In this document: positions 37,551-50,815 of the stretch, in pieces
Position numbering within the stretch: the stretch's first letter is position 1
How the letters are laid out: each line of letters opens with the position of its first letter
Assembly: GCF_001194135.2 (NCBI RefSeq)
Contig: NC_068993.1
Span: forward strand, 58,611,656 to 58,664,932
DNA from: Octopus bimaculoides
Lineage: Eukaryota
DNA length: 53,277 nucleotides
Reading direction: 5' to 3'
Program-made: the position numbers and the translations under genes
Notes under the pieces: model-generated
What the model was told of the DNA's origin: nothing
Seen by the model: the letters and a program-made list of their open reading frames with translations, nothing else
Database searches by the model: none

Positions 37551-38317
37551 CACTTATTCTGAAAGTACGCTAAAAATTGCATTGGCAGTGGTAAGGCAAA
37601 TGGTAGGGTATTGTTAATAGTGGTGTCAGTCGGCCAGTGATGGTAGTAGTGGTAGTTTTGTTTAAAGGAAATAAAACAGTCTTTAGGTTTTAGATGTTGC
37701 TAACCCCTATTGAGCATGGAAAGGAGCGAAGTGGGCAGAATGAATAACTCCACGGGGTCCCTTCAACTCCTTAATTAGTTTCGCAGTGTTACACGACATG
37801 AACTGTCTCTCAAACTCTTTCAGCGAAGGCAAAACAAACTTTCTAATCCCCACCCTAAGCCGTCTGTATGATTCACATGACCTGCAAATACAATGACCAA
37901 TGAAAGAGCTTCTGTGAAAGTCACATGACCTTTCAACAAGGAAGACAGCATGCGTTTGTGTGACTGACGTTTAAGTGTATGTGTATGTGTGTGTGCGCGC
38001 GTCAGTGTCTTTATATTAAATCCAATGCGACACTAGCAAACTTGGGAACCTCTATACGGTACTTCAAGCTGTTAGAAATAACAGTCAAATTCGCCTCAAA
38101 TTGCAGCCCATCGTTTTTATGAAAAAGAAACTCATTGAACTAATAAAGTCCTTTGTGTATTATATGATGGGATTGCTACGGATAGAACGCTTTGTATTCG
38201 GAAAACGAGAAGTCACGACTGAAATATTATGATGATTAGTCTGCCTGATTAGAACTGTCATCCGCCTCAACAATAACAAGAATAACAATAAATTGAAAAA
38301 TCGAGTCCTAGAAACAC

Positions 38318-38628
38318 TTGTTGTTGGCACTCCGTCGCTTACGACGACGAGGGTTCCAGTTGATCAGATCAAGGGAACAGCCTGCTCGTGAAATTAACGT
38401 GCAAATGGCTGAGCATTCCACAGACACGTGTACCTTCAACGTAGTTCTCGGGGAGATTCAACGTGACACAGTGTGACAGGGCTGGCCATTTGAAATACAG
38501 GCACAACAGAAACAGGAAGTAAGAGTGAGAGAAAGTTGTGGTGAAAGAGTACAGCAGCGTTCGCCACCATTCCTTGCCGGATCCTCGTGGAGCTTTTAGG
38601 TTTTTTTCGCTCAGTGAACACTCACAAG
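38318..38628 (-). mobile_element. SINE family C, body and 3' end
   Basis: TTGTTGGCACTCCGTCGCTTACGACGACGAGGGTTCCAGTTGATC...; overlaps the 27820-28098 copy in sequence. Confidence 0.9.
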
Positions 38629-38858
38629 GCCTAGATGTACCTCTCTCTAAATAAACCGTGATTGTTACCATTGTATAGCAAAGAAACAAAACTTTCCTTC
38701 TTATACGAGTGATAGGATTTAAGTACATTAATCTATCCAATTTGTGTGTGTCTTAAATAGCCACTATATGTTATAAGTAAATAAGCTATCCAATTTGCGT
38801 AATCCTTAGTAATTATTGACTTTATAAACTGTGTCTCTGCAGACACTTAAAGATAGTC

Positions 38859-38904
38859 CTCGGCACCTGATGACATTCTAATACAGGATTGAAACTAGTC
38901 CGAG
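38859..38904 (+). ncRNA. Degenerate minimal hammerhead-like motif
   Basis: CTGATGA-C-ATTCT(AATAC)AGGAT-T-GAAA-CTAG-TC, with palindromic stem III and a GUC site. Stem I is out of register (CTCG/CGAG offset by 4 nt). Confidence 0.4.
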
Positions 38905-39238
38905 CGAGCCCCCTTTTTTCTATCGACGATGATATTTTACATAGAGACAAGTTGTTTATACCTGACTGCACATATTAGTGTTGGTAGAAAATCTATACTT
39001 AGTTTCTGTTTTATAGGATAGCAATAAAAATATATAAACCCTTTAATGCATTAGAAATTTATACATATGTAACTATGCATGTATGTATGTCTGTCTGTCT
39101 GTATGTATGTATATATATATATACACACACACACACATACGCACGTACATACGTTGAATGTTAGTGAGTACTTATAGAGGCGCACATGCACACATATGTA
39201 TGTACATAGATATATCTGTGTGGATATGGATATGAATT

Positions 39239-39292
<54 letters not shown>

Positions 39293-39350
39293 GTTGTATG
39301 AAGTCACCACTCCTTCATTTCGTATTGAATTCTTGGAAGTCTTTATTCTA

Positions 39351-39387
<37 letters not shown>

Positions 39388-39554
39388 ATATATAATACAA
39401 TCATATATATATGCAAATGCATACAAAACATATATGTATATACAAACATAAACATATACATACATATATATATAAATATATGTCTATATATATATAAGTG
39501 CATATATATATAAAGGTGTTTATGTATATATCTGCATATATGTATGTATATAAG

Positions 39555-39596
<42 letters not shown>

Positions 39597-40432
39597 GTGT
39601 GTGTGTGTGTACATACGTATGTATATATGTGTACACACACACATGTGTGTGTGTGTGTGTGTGTTTGTCTGTCTGTCTGTCTGTGCGAACAAGATTGATG
39701 AGATATCGAAAATATTGAACGACACCAAAAAAGAAAATAAAACAAGCAAATAAAAGTAAGTAAAATTAAACAATAAAATTAACCACAACATCAACAACAA
39801 CAACAACGAAAACAACAACCAACAATAACTGCTACAACAACAATGGCAGTGCCACACAAAACATCGAAATCAAATATCTACGAGTCCATTGGAAATATTC
39901 TAACGATAATATTCTAGTCTTTTTATAAGCTTTCTGTCCTTCCGTCCTTAGAATGAAACCAGGTAAAACATTTTGTTTGATGCTTTCTTCCAGATATCCG
40001 ATTCTCATTTCATAATGAGTTCCATAGCAATGTTATCGTTTCCATCAATACAGTCGCCATCATTGAATACTCTTCAGTGGATTCTACCAATTCTTCCTCT
40101 ATGGAAAATTTACGAGAACCTACAACATATTCTATTCTTCTCTCTTGAATTCTCTGTTGAAATTTTGTTTTTGATTTTTTCTTTTTGGTTCTGTATTTTT
40201 GTTTTTGATTTTTTGGTGGGGGGGTTCTGTATTTTTGTTTTTTTGGTTGTTTTTTTTGGGGTTGTTTTTTTTCACTATCGAATTTCTGTTGTTTTTTTTT
40301 TTGTTCTTTTTGTCTTATATTTTTGTTTGTCTTTTTTTTAATGTGTAGATTATTACAAAAAAAATAATAAAGAACGTTTATAACTTGTTAACAGATGAGG
40401 ATTGTCATAACTTAATAAATGTTGATGACTGC

Positions 40433-40434
<2 letters not shown>

Positions 40435-40476
<42 letters not shown>

Positions 40477-40760
40477 CGATGATGATGACGATGATGATGA
40501 TGATGATGATGACGATGATGACAACGATGATGATAACGATGACCATGATTATGATGATGATTTTTATTACTATCATTATGATGATGATAGTGATGATGAT
40601 GATGATGGTGGTGGTGGTAGTGGTGGTGGTTGTGGTGGTTGTGGTGGTTGTGGTGGTGATGATGACGATAATGACAACGATGACGACGATGATAATGATG
40701 CAGATGATGATGATGTTGGTGTTGGTGGCGGTGGTGGCGGTGGTGGCGATGGTGGTTTTT
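40435..40760. repeat. (GAT)n/(GGT)n compound trinucleotide tract
   Basis: Seen directly. Confidence 0.9.
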
Positions 40761-40781
40761 AGGACGACGTCGTGGTGATAA

Positions 40782-41121
40782 TGCTTTCTAAGTTTGGCTA
40801 AGGGACAGCAGTTTTGAATGGGGTGGGAAATCAATTACATCGACCCCCACCCCCACTCCAATACTCAAATGGTACTAGTTTTATCGACCCCGAAAGGATG
40901 AAAGACAAAGTCGAACTCGGCGGGATTTGATCTCAGAGCGTAAAGATCGAACAAACACCGTAAAGCATTTTTTTCGACGCCCGAACGATTCTGCCAGATC
41001 GATTGCATCGACTTCCGTGTTTGACAGGTTCTTTATTTTATCGTCCCCTAAAAGGATGAAAGGCAAAAACGAACTCGGCGCTAAGCATTTTACCCGACAT
41101 GCTAACCATTCTGCCAGCCTT
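40782..41121 (-). mobile_element. Two tandem SINE family B copies (40782-40998; 41000-41121 internally deleted)
   Basis: Two heads (CGATTCTGCCAG at about 40990, CCATTCTGCCAGCC at about 41110) and two ATCG.CCCC.AAAGGATGAAAG.CAAA motifs. Confidence 0.8.
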
Positions 41122-41134
41122 AATAATAATAATA

Positions 41135-41190
<56 letters not shown>

Positions 41191-41383
41191 TGAGAACAAC
41201 AACGACAACAATAATAATAGTGAGAAATGGAAGAAAATTTATAGAAAGAAGAAAAAAAACAATAATAATAATTACAATGAATATAATAATAATTATCATC
41301 GTCGTCATCATCATCAACATCATCATCACCGTCGTCGTCGTCGTCATCATCATCATCATCATTATTATTATTATTATTATTAT

Positions 41384-41428
<45 letters not shown>

Positions 41429-41441
41429 CAGCAGCAGGAAC

Positions 41442-41504
<63 letters not shown>
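41120..41504. repeat. Compound (TAA)n/(CAT)n/(ATT)n/(AGT)n microsatellite
   Basis: Seen directly. Confidence 0.92.
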
Positions 41505-41505
<1 letters not shown>

Positions 41506-42320
41506 TGCAAAGAAAGAAAGAAAAACTTAAAGAGGAGAAGAACACAAAAATAAACTACATGGAAGGAGAAAAAAATCTACGGTCAGTTTGCAAGAGATAC
41601 GAACGCCAAGACAGATCCAGAAGACCGGTGGCTATGGATGAGGAGGACTGACCTGAGGATAGAGACAGAAGCACTTATATGTGCAGCACAAGAACAAGTG
41701 TTAAGGACAAACTATGTGAAGTGCAGAATCAACAACACTACCGACAGAGACAAATGCAGAGTGTATGGTGAGAAGGGTGGAACGGTATGGCACATCGTTA
41801 GCGAATGCTCGAAATTGGCACAACGCGAATACAAAAGACAGCATGACAATGCGGCAAGAATGATCCATTGGGAGCTCTGAGGAAACCACGGCCTACAAAG
41901 AGCAAAGACGTGGTATGATCAATCCCTAGAAGCAGTCACCAAGTTGAAGAATACAAGATTCTGTGGGATGCACTGATTCAGTGCGATCACCTGACCAGAC
42001 ATCGGAAACCGGACATTGTTGTGGTGAATGAAAAAAGAAAAAAAACTTGTATGATAATCGAGGAAGCATGCCCCGGTGACAACAGAATCAAAGAGAAAAA
42101 AGAAGAAAAACTGAACAACGATGACAATTTGAAATGCAAGATACGAAGGTTGTGGTTAATGTGGAGAATAGACGTGATACCAATAGTAATTGGCGCAGTT
42201 GGAAGTATCGGCACTTAACTACCAAAATGGCTCAAAAAGGTTGGTACAAGTATGAAGGAGGAACAGCTATAAAAATCGTCATTGCTAGGAACAGCAAGAA
42301 TTTCTTTGGTCCAAGTATTA
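41505..42320 (+). mobile_element. R4/Dong-type non-LTR retrotransposon 3' fragment (CCHC knuckle plus restriction-like endonuclease)
   Basis: Across frameshifts: WLWMRRTDLRIETEALICAAQEQVLRTNY...DKCRVYGEKGGTVWHIVSECSKLAQREYKRQHDNAARMIHWEL...ILWDALIQCDH..RHRKPDIVVVN..KTCMIIEEACPGD...VIPIVIGAVG. Confidence 0.92.
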
Positions 42321-43951
42321 GGGCACAAATATAAAGCCGGGTGTGTAACACACAATTTCAGTTTCTTATTTTACTGCCTTCGGTTCTACATTCAATGTAG
42401 ACAGCCTCGAGATCTTTATTCGGTTAGATGTCAAGCATCTCGCTCCGAACATCCAATAAATCCTCTTCCAGTTGCTGCTGTTTTGAGAGCAACTAAAATC
42501 CACAGCCATTTTGTTTATTTTCATTATTTTTTTTAGAGTGTAATAAAAAAAAGTGTATTTCTTCTCTGCCAATATTTTTATATACTATTCTGCCTGGTGA
42601 GACTGGCGTACGTCTGATCATGTCCATTTTGTTTCTATGTTTTCTTCGGTTGGACTAACAACGCAGTTAAAACTGACGGCTTTCAGAAACATTCTGTTAA
42701 TACATGCCTGGTGTGTGTGCGCGCGCGCGTGTGTTTGGAAACTGTTGGTGTTGTTGCCGTTATTATTTGCAGTGGTGGTCATATTTTGTGTTCCAGCGTT
42801 AATAATAAAACAGAATTATCAACTTTTTTACATTTATTGAGCTGTGCGTGCTTACGCATTAAATAATGTTAATTTTTTTTCCTAACATTTCTTTTTTTAT
42901 TCTCGTGTTCTGTTCATTATTAGTTTTGCGGCGTTTCCATTTGCAACTGTGGTTATAGACGCCATTTTGCTGTGCATATATGTCAACAAAGAACTAAATA
43001 AGGAATGTTTAAAAAAAAACAGGGTCTCTGGATTTTTCCAAATAGTGTTCCCTTGTGAAATAATTCAAGGGAACAAGAAAATTATCTCCGTTCAGAAATA
43101 ACATAGTAACAATCAAAATCATCAGAGCTAACGAGGAACGAAAAAAAAAAGAAAGAAAGAACAATTCAACATAGTGAAAATAAAAAAAATTTCAAAAATT
43201 CGCATTACTGACAGAAGAGCGCAAGATTCAAAGCCGGGTCTAAGGGACTGACTCTTGATAGTGGTTGAAGATCAAAGACGTTTCGCTAAAAAAAAAAAAT
43301 ACTAAAAACATCAAATAAATAGAATACATTAATTGAAGAATATGAAGAGGTTGGAAAGAAATGATAAACTACATTGTTTCTGGCAAAAGAGGATATGTCT
43401 GCAGGCGTGAAATATTTGGGCTTTGAAGTACAGGAAATTATGTCAGCATTGTGTAACACCAATAACAAGAAAATGGTGTAAACAGACGCCATGACACCAT
43501 TAGAGGTCTCTGAGAATGACAAAGCAATCATTCATAGAAATCCCAAAGATTTTCTTGGAGACTGTAGTGTAGTGCTCTTCTCAAGCTTCCGTCACCAAAA
43601 CGAAATATAATATATGGTTCCCTCTGCCAATGGGCAGAAGATAACCACCTTTGCTGCAACACGAGGCAGGATTAGAAAGGTAAATTTGAAAAATCTGCGT
43701 ACAGCACGTATATTTCTTCCTTTATTTTGCTTTCTATCTCGAAGTTCTTTTAAATTCTAGTGGCTGCTAACAATTTATAGCACCATTTCATTCTTTTTAG
43801 AAATCTTCGGCAAGATATAACCACTAACTTACTTATTAGATTTATTACAAGGACAAGCATTTCGTTAAAATTAAAGACGACATTAATTACAATCCATTGA
43901 TTTTTTAAAAATTTTGTTTTGATTTTTTTTTTGGTGGGGGGGGGCTTCTTT

Positions 43952-44022
<71 letters not shown>

Positions 44023-44974
44023 CTTTTTTTTAGGAACGTTGGTTGTTTAGGAATCTGGAGAAAGATTAGTGCTTGTGTTCATAGTAGTAGCCGTTTCCAA
44101 GGGAAGAAAATATTTGCTTGAAGAATAAACACGTGTTGTTTCTTTTTGTCGTTTAGCCCCAAAAAACGTGGCGCAATTAACCCCCAGACCTACTCTTCAA
44201 GAGCCGCAGTAGAACTTGATGAAAGATAAGGATATAAGGTTTAATTGCAGTTAAAGTAAGGCTTTGATAAGAGGAGTTAGGAGGTAACATACTATTTAAG
44301 AATGTAACACGGAAGTGATTCCCAAAACTCTGTCAGTCTTCAATGACGCGACAGCAACAATAATTATGATGAATTATGATAAATATTAAAGTTAGATCTA
44401 ATTACAGTTAAATGAAGGCTCGGACTCGGGGGGAGGAGAAGGAGTAGTAAGAGGGGGATTAACAGGTGTTATTACTGGCAATGTAGACATGTCTATCCGA
44501 TGACACAGTATCCGATGAAATGACAGTGTTGATAACAAAAGTGTGAAATACGCGTGTCAGCCGTGTGCTCAACGTCTCGTGGTGATGGGATGGGATTGGA
44601 TAGGACAGGATAGGATGGGATAGGATAGGGTGGAGGACGGACAGAGAAAGCGATGAGGTAAGCTTGTTGATAGGTCTGTGTGGTTGTGTTTCAGCGTGTG
44701 TCTGTATGTCTATGTGTGTGATCGTTTGCTTGTTTGCCTGTTTGTGTCTGTGTGTTGGTGTGGTGCGTACGTGCGTGTCTGTATTTTGTGTGTGTGTTGT
44801 GTGTGTGTGATGTGTGTGTGTGCTTCTTGGCGTGTACGTCTGAGGTGTCTGTATGATTGTGTCTGTCCAGGAATGTGTCGAGCAAGAAGCACTGGTTGGA
44901 GGTGTGAAATACGAAGTAAGGCCAATAGGAAATATTGTCTGTGTAGGTATGTGTGTGTGTGAGAGAGAGAGAGG

Positions 44975-45016
<42 letters not shown>

Positions 45017-46089
45017 ATATATATATGCGCTTGTGAGTGCGTATATGTATTTACACACACACACACAAACATATACATGTACATATACACACAGACACAC
45101 ACACAGTCACACACACACCCACGCATATATATACATACTTACACACACATATATGTTTGTATGTATGTATGTGTGTTCGTGTGTGTGTGTGTGAGTACTG
45201 TTGATGCGTGGATATGTTAATATACGTATATACGGGTGTACGTCTGTATGTGTAAAACTATGTGTGTATGCATAGATGCCTATGTGAATAACGTGAAAAA
45301 AAATTATAAAGCAACGGCGATCTCACATCCGCTGCCCACCCGTCCGCTTGAGTAACAACATCAACAACAATAAGATCAATAAAAAACGAATTTACATAAA
45401 GGGGACCTTGGCCTAAAACTCTAATAAAAGTATTTTACGAAGCCTACTAAATATTCACTGAAACACCACCAAATATCAACAGTGACAAACAATTCTCAAA
45501 AATTACACGTTTTTATAGTTTTTACAATTATTAAACGATAGTTACAGCAACTAGAAAAACAGGGAGTGCCATTGTTACCTCCATTTTTGACATCACAACT
45601 CCACACAAAATATATTTAAAAGTAACGCTTCCCACACGGAAAAAAGAAAAAAAAAATTTGTGAAGATGACACCAAAGCTTGAAAAACTCTGCAATGCAAC
45701 ATTAAAGGCGTTAGGAAAAATAAAACACTTGTTTTGTTTTGAACGAAAAGATTTTATGATCACACACGATCTTTCACAGAGTAAATAATTCAGTAAAGAT
45801 ATTTTACTGCCAGACCAAAGAACACACAGCATTTCAAATTATATTTAAGATCTGACTATACAAACATTTTCATAACGAGTGTAGTCTTCTAAAATCTATA
45901 CAAAAACAACTTGTGTTTAATACGGAATTAAACGGAGGCAATGAATCCACAATGGCGTGGATCTGTTTATTGCTGAAATGGGACTATTGGGTGCAGCTGT
46001 TTGGATGCTGTCGTTTGGCGCAGCTGAGTGGATATTGGACCTGCTTTGGTGATGCCTTTTCAGTAACAGTACTTTTCTAATGTTACATA

Positions 46090-46129
<40 letters not shown>

Positions 46130-46305
46130 GTTGTGGTCATTTAATACATCTTATTTATATATAAGCGACAGAGGCACCATTAATACCGAGGGGTAATATG
46201 TATCCCCAGTTAAACGTGGATGTTCTGATAGAACGAACTATACTGCTGTAGTTACCATGAAAGAAAATCTCATATTGGCATTTGGTGCAAAATTCACTCT
46301 TGTTC

Positions 46306-46467
46306 ATATCGCTAGCAGGGAGATAAATCCCTGTCACATCCAGCGCCGAGATCACATAATTCGACCATCGTTAGTCTCATCAATGATGGACGCTCGACTG
46401 CTAGAGATAGCAGCGATTCATCTCCCCGCCAGCGATATATAGAAAATCTGTACCGGAACAGGCGCTG
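46306..46467. other. Multi-stem inverted-repeat element (candidate structured RNA)
   Basis: 24-bp outer helix 46306-46329/46415-46438 encloses two hairpins (46365-46389, 46398-46413); a 7-bp long-range pairing links 46341-46347 and 46461-46467. Confidence 0.5.
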
Positions 46468-47769
46468 TTGTCGCGATGAGCCAGTGAGCGTGTTAATACC
46501 TCTCAATGCTTCTCTCCACCCACCCCTTTCTCTCCCTCCCTCCNNNNNNNNNNNNNNNNNNNNNNNNNNNNNNNNNNNNNNNNNNNNNNNNNNNNNNNNN
46601 NNNNNNNNNNNNNNNNNNNNNNNNNNNNNNNNNNNNNNNNNNNNNNNNNNNNNNNNNNNNNNNNNNNNNNNNNNNNNNNNNNNNNNNNNNNNNNNNNNNN
46701 NNNNNNNNNNNNNNNNNNNNNNNNNNNNNNNNNNNNNNNNNNNNNNNNNNNNNNNNNNNNNNNNNNNNNNNNNNNNNNNNNNNNNNNNNNNNNNNNNNNN
46801 NNNNNNNNNNNNNNNNNNNNNNNNNNNNNNNNNNNNNNNNNNNNNNNNNNNNNNNNNNNNNNNNNNNNNNNNNNNNNNNNNNNNNNNNNNNNNNNNNNNN
46901 NNNNNNNNNNNNNNNNNNNNNNNNNNNNNNNNNNNNNNNNNNNNNNNNNNNNNNNNNNNNNNNNNNNNNNNNNNNNNNNNNNNNNNNNNNNNNNNNNNNN
47001 NNNNNNNNNNNNNNNNNNNNNNNNNNNNNNNNNNNNNNNNNNNNNNNNNNNNNNNNNNNNNNNNNNNNNNNNNNNNNNNNNNNNNNNNNNNNNNNNNNNN
47101 NNNNNNNNNNNNNNNNNNNNNNTATGTATGTATGTATGTAATAATATAAATAATATATAAATATATGTATGGATATATGCATATATTTATATATTATTTA
47201 TATTATTATATGATCGAACGCCACGCATCCGTTTCCAAGTAAGTTCTACGTATGTATGTATGTATGTATGTATGTATGTATGTATGTATGTGTGTGTGTG
47301 TGTGTATGTATCACTAGAACAGCACCGTTATATACATCACCACGGTATACCACCGTTATATAGACCACAAGTATATACATACACAGCAGCACTAGAGGCA
47401 GCATTACTTTTCAGACTCTATGGTGCCAAACTGCCAAATGTTATCTAACCAGATTTTAGAGGAGAACAAAACACTACCATACAATAAAGAAAAATAGAAT
47501 TTTTTTAAAAAAAAGCAAAGAAACAAAGGAGAACAAAAAGAAATAACAAATAAAAAGAAAAGAAATAAACGTGATCAGTTGGAGATCCAGTAGAAAAATA
47601 ATTAGAGCAGTTATTAGAATTACCAACCAATATAGCTAACTTTCTAACTATCTACATACCTAGCCACCTACCTACGTGCATGTCTGCCTACCTGCCAACT
47701 ATTTATCTAACTACGTAGCTACTTAGCGACCTCCCCCACCTATATCCATTTCCAATATTCATTGAGATA

Positions 47770-47988
47770 TATACTCTTTACTCTTTTACTTGTTTCAGTC
47801 ATTTGACTGCGGTAATGCTGGAGCACCGCCTTTTAGTCGAGCAAATCGACCCCTGGACTAATTCTTTGTAAGCCTAGTACTTATTCTATCCGTGTCTTTT
47901 GTCGAAAAGCTAAGTTACGGGGACGTAAACACACCAGCATCGGTTGTCAAGCGATGTTGGGGAGACAAACACAGATACACAAACATAT

Positions 47989-48027
<39 letters not shown>

Positions 48028-48100
48028 CACACGTACATATATACGACGGTCTTCCTTCAGTTTCCGTCTACCAAATCCACTCACGAGGCTTTGATCGGCC
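47770..48100 (-). mobile_element. SINE family A lacking its head
   Basis: TTTTACTTGTTTCAGTCATTTGACTGCGG...TTCAGTTTCCGTCTACCAAATCCACTCACGAGGCTTTG. Confidence 0.9.
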
Positions 48101-48314
48101 CGCCCAGTGAACGTCAGCTGTCGGTAATATTTAGGGTAAGGAAAACTTTCCATATATGCCATACATGATTACTTAATTATCATATTAGCAGACACCCACA
48201 CACATCCCCACCTAAAGAACACGAAGAAAAAACGCAATAAATAAAAGTAGTCACGATATTATTAGATGCAGTAAACCGGCAAGCTGTAATAAAAATATGA
48301 AATTTTAATTACAA

Positions 48315-48356
48315 CTCTGGACACGTTCCTGTTGTATTAGACCTCATCAGTGGAAC
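48315..48356 (-). ncRNA. Degenerate hammerhead-like remnant related to 38859-38904
   Basis: Minus strand CTGATGA-GGTCTAATACAACAG-GAAC-GT-GTC-CAGAG shares TCTAATACA and GTCC(A)GAG with the 38.9 kb motif. Stems are broken. Confidence 0.3.
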
Positions 48357-48739
48357 AAAGTATAACTAGTTACACACCATCGTTTGTTCCTTAGAAGTCT
48401 TTTCACTTTACTCCAAATTACATTTTCAGTGAAGTCATTTTATAACCCAATAATGGAATATTTTTTACAGTAAAGTATTATCCCTTCTTCCCGTTAATTC
48501 CAGTTGAAACGATATCAATCCTTATTCAAATGCTTCTTGTTTCCTAACATCTTGCTTTTGTCTCGCCTTCTATTTCAGTTATCAATGACGGGAATTAATT
48601 TGGTCTTTTCAATTTAATAAATGATCCGACAGGTCTAAGGTTCTTCCATAGATTGCTGAGTTGGTTTTTATTCTTTTCGTGTTTTTTTTTTCCCGTCAAA
48701 TATTGGATATCCATGTTACTGTTGTTTTGATATTTTTTT

Positions 48740-50115
<1,376 letters not shown>

Positions 50116-50683
50116 ATAAGTTAACCTGTTGTTGTTGTTGTTGCTATTTTCTAACCCCAGATCAGCTGACTGAGCACTTCTATAATAAAAGGCATTCATG
50201 CTTTGACCGTACTGTCTTTTTATTTGTTTCCTTATTTTTTTGTTTGTTTGTGTTTGTTTTTCTTTTTCGTTCAGGTTTTAGCATAGCCAGGACTCCACTA
50301 ACTAATGTCTCCCTTCCTTTTTACGAAACTAGGGTACTTCATGGAAATTTCGTTACTAATTCTAGCCCGTCGGACAATACTATTGAACATTCTTCAATAG
50401 CCCCCACTTACACATAGCCCCCCCCCCACACACACACACATACACACATAAAAACATGCACACACTGTTTGAATGTTGCTACAAGATAACAAGGTTTTAT
50501 TTGTCAGATGGTTGGTTCATTAATTTCTAAACACTCTCTTCCTCACTCATTAATCACTGTCATCATCAGTCGTGCAGGTTTTCTTATCGATAATGAAGGG
50601 ATACTGACTCGCTTCTTTTCCCCAAAAAGCATCGAAATCATTGCTGGTTTCTTTAACGAATGAGAAAAATCAGCGCAATCAAC

Positions 50684-50815
50684 ATGGCCGACCTTAACAA
50701 CAACATGAGCAGCAGCAGCAGCAGCAACGGAAATAATAGCGACAGTTTCAGCAACAAGACATCGCAACATCATTGTGACTCGAAATCAATGAAAGGTCGT
50801 TTATTGGGTGGCTAA
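50684..50815 (+). CDS. Candidate short ORF or first exon (MADLNNNMSSSSSSNGNNSDSFSNKTSQHHCDSKSMK...), product unknown
   Basis: Strong start context AACATGG, 43 codons to TAA, and a weak possible donor AG|GTCGTT at 50796. No homology recognised. Confidence 0.25.
   Translation: MADLNNNMSSSSSSNGNNSDSFSNKTSQHHCDSKSMKGRLLGG

Noticed and set aside
13581-41121. Dispersed conserved repeats as a CRISPR-like array or as tRNA genes
   Set aside because: Spacing is irregular, orientations are mixed and there are no cas genes. The A/B-box heads continue into SINE bodies and do not fold into cloverleaves.
42425-42495. Minus-strand LLSKQQQLEEDLLDVRSEMLDI* as a terminal coiled-coil exon
   Set aside because: The acceptor lacks a polypyrimidine tract, and the peptide is too short to recognise.
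43330-43670. Non-repetitive stretch with protein-like translation (KEDMSAGVKYLGFEVQE)
   Set aside because: Several in-frame stops, and no family motif or splice structure recognised.
46155-46400. Minus-strand reading DGRIMISALDVTGIYLPASDMNKSEF, like an L1/Tx1 endonuclease
   Set aside because: The resemblance is marginal and needs a frameshift. The IYLPASD segment is one arm of the inverted repeat, which explains it better.
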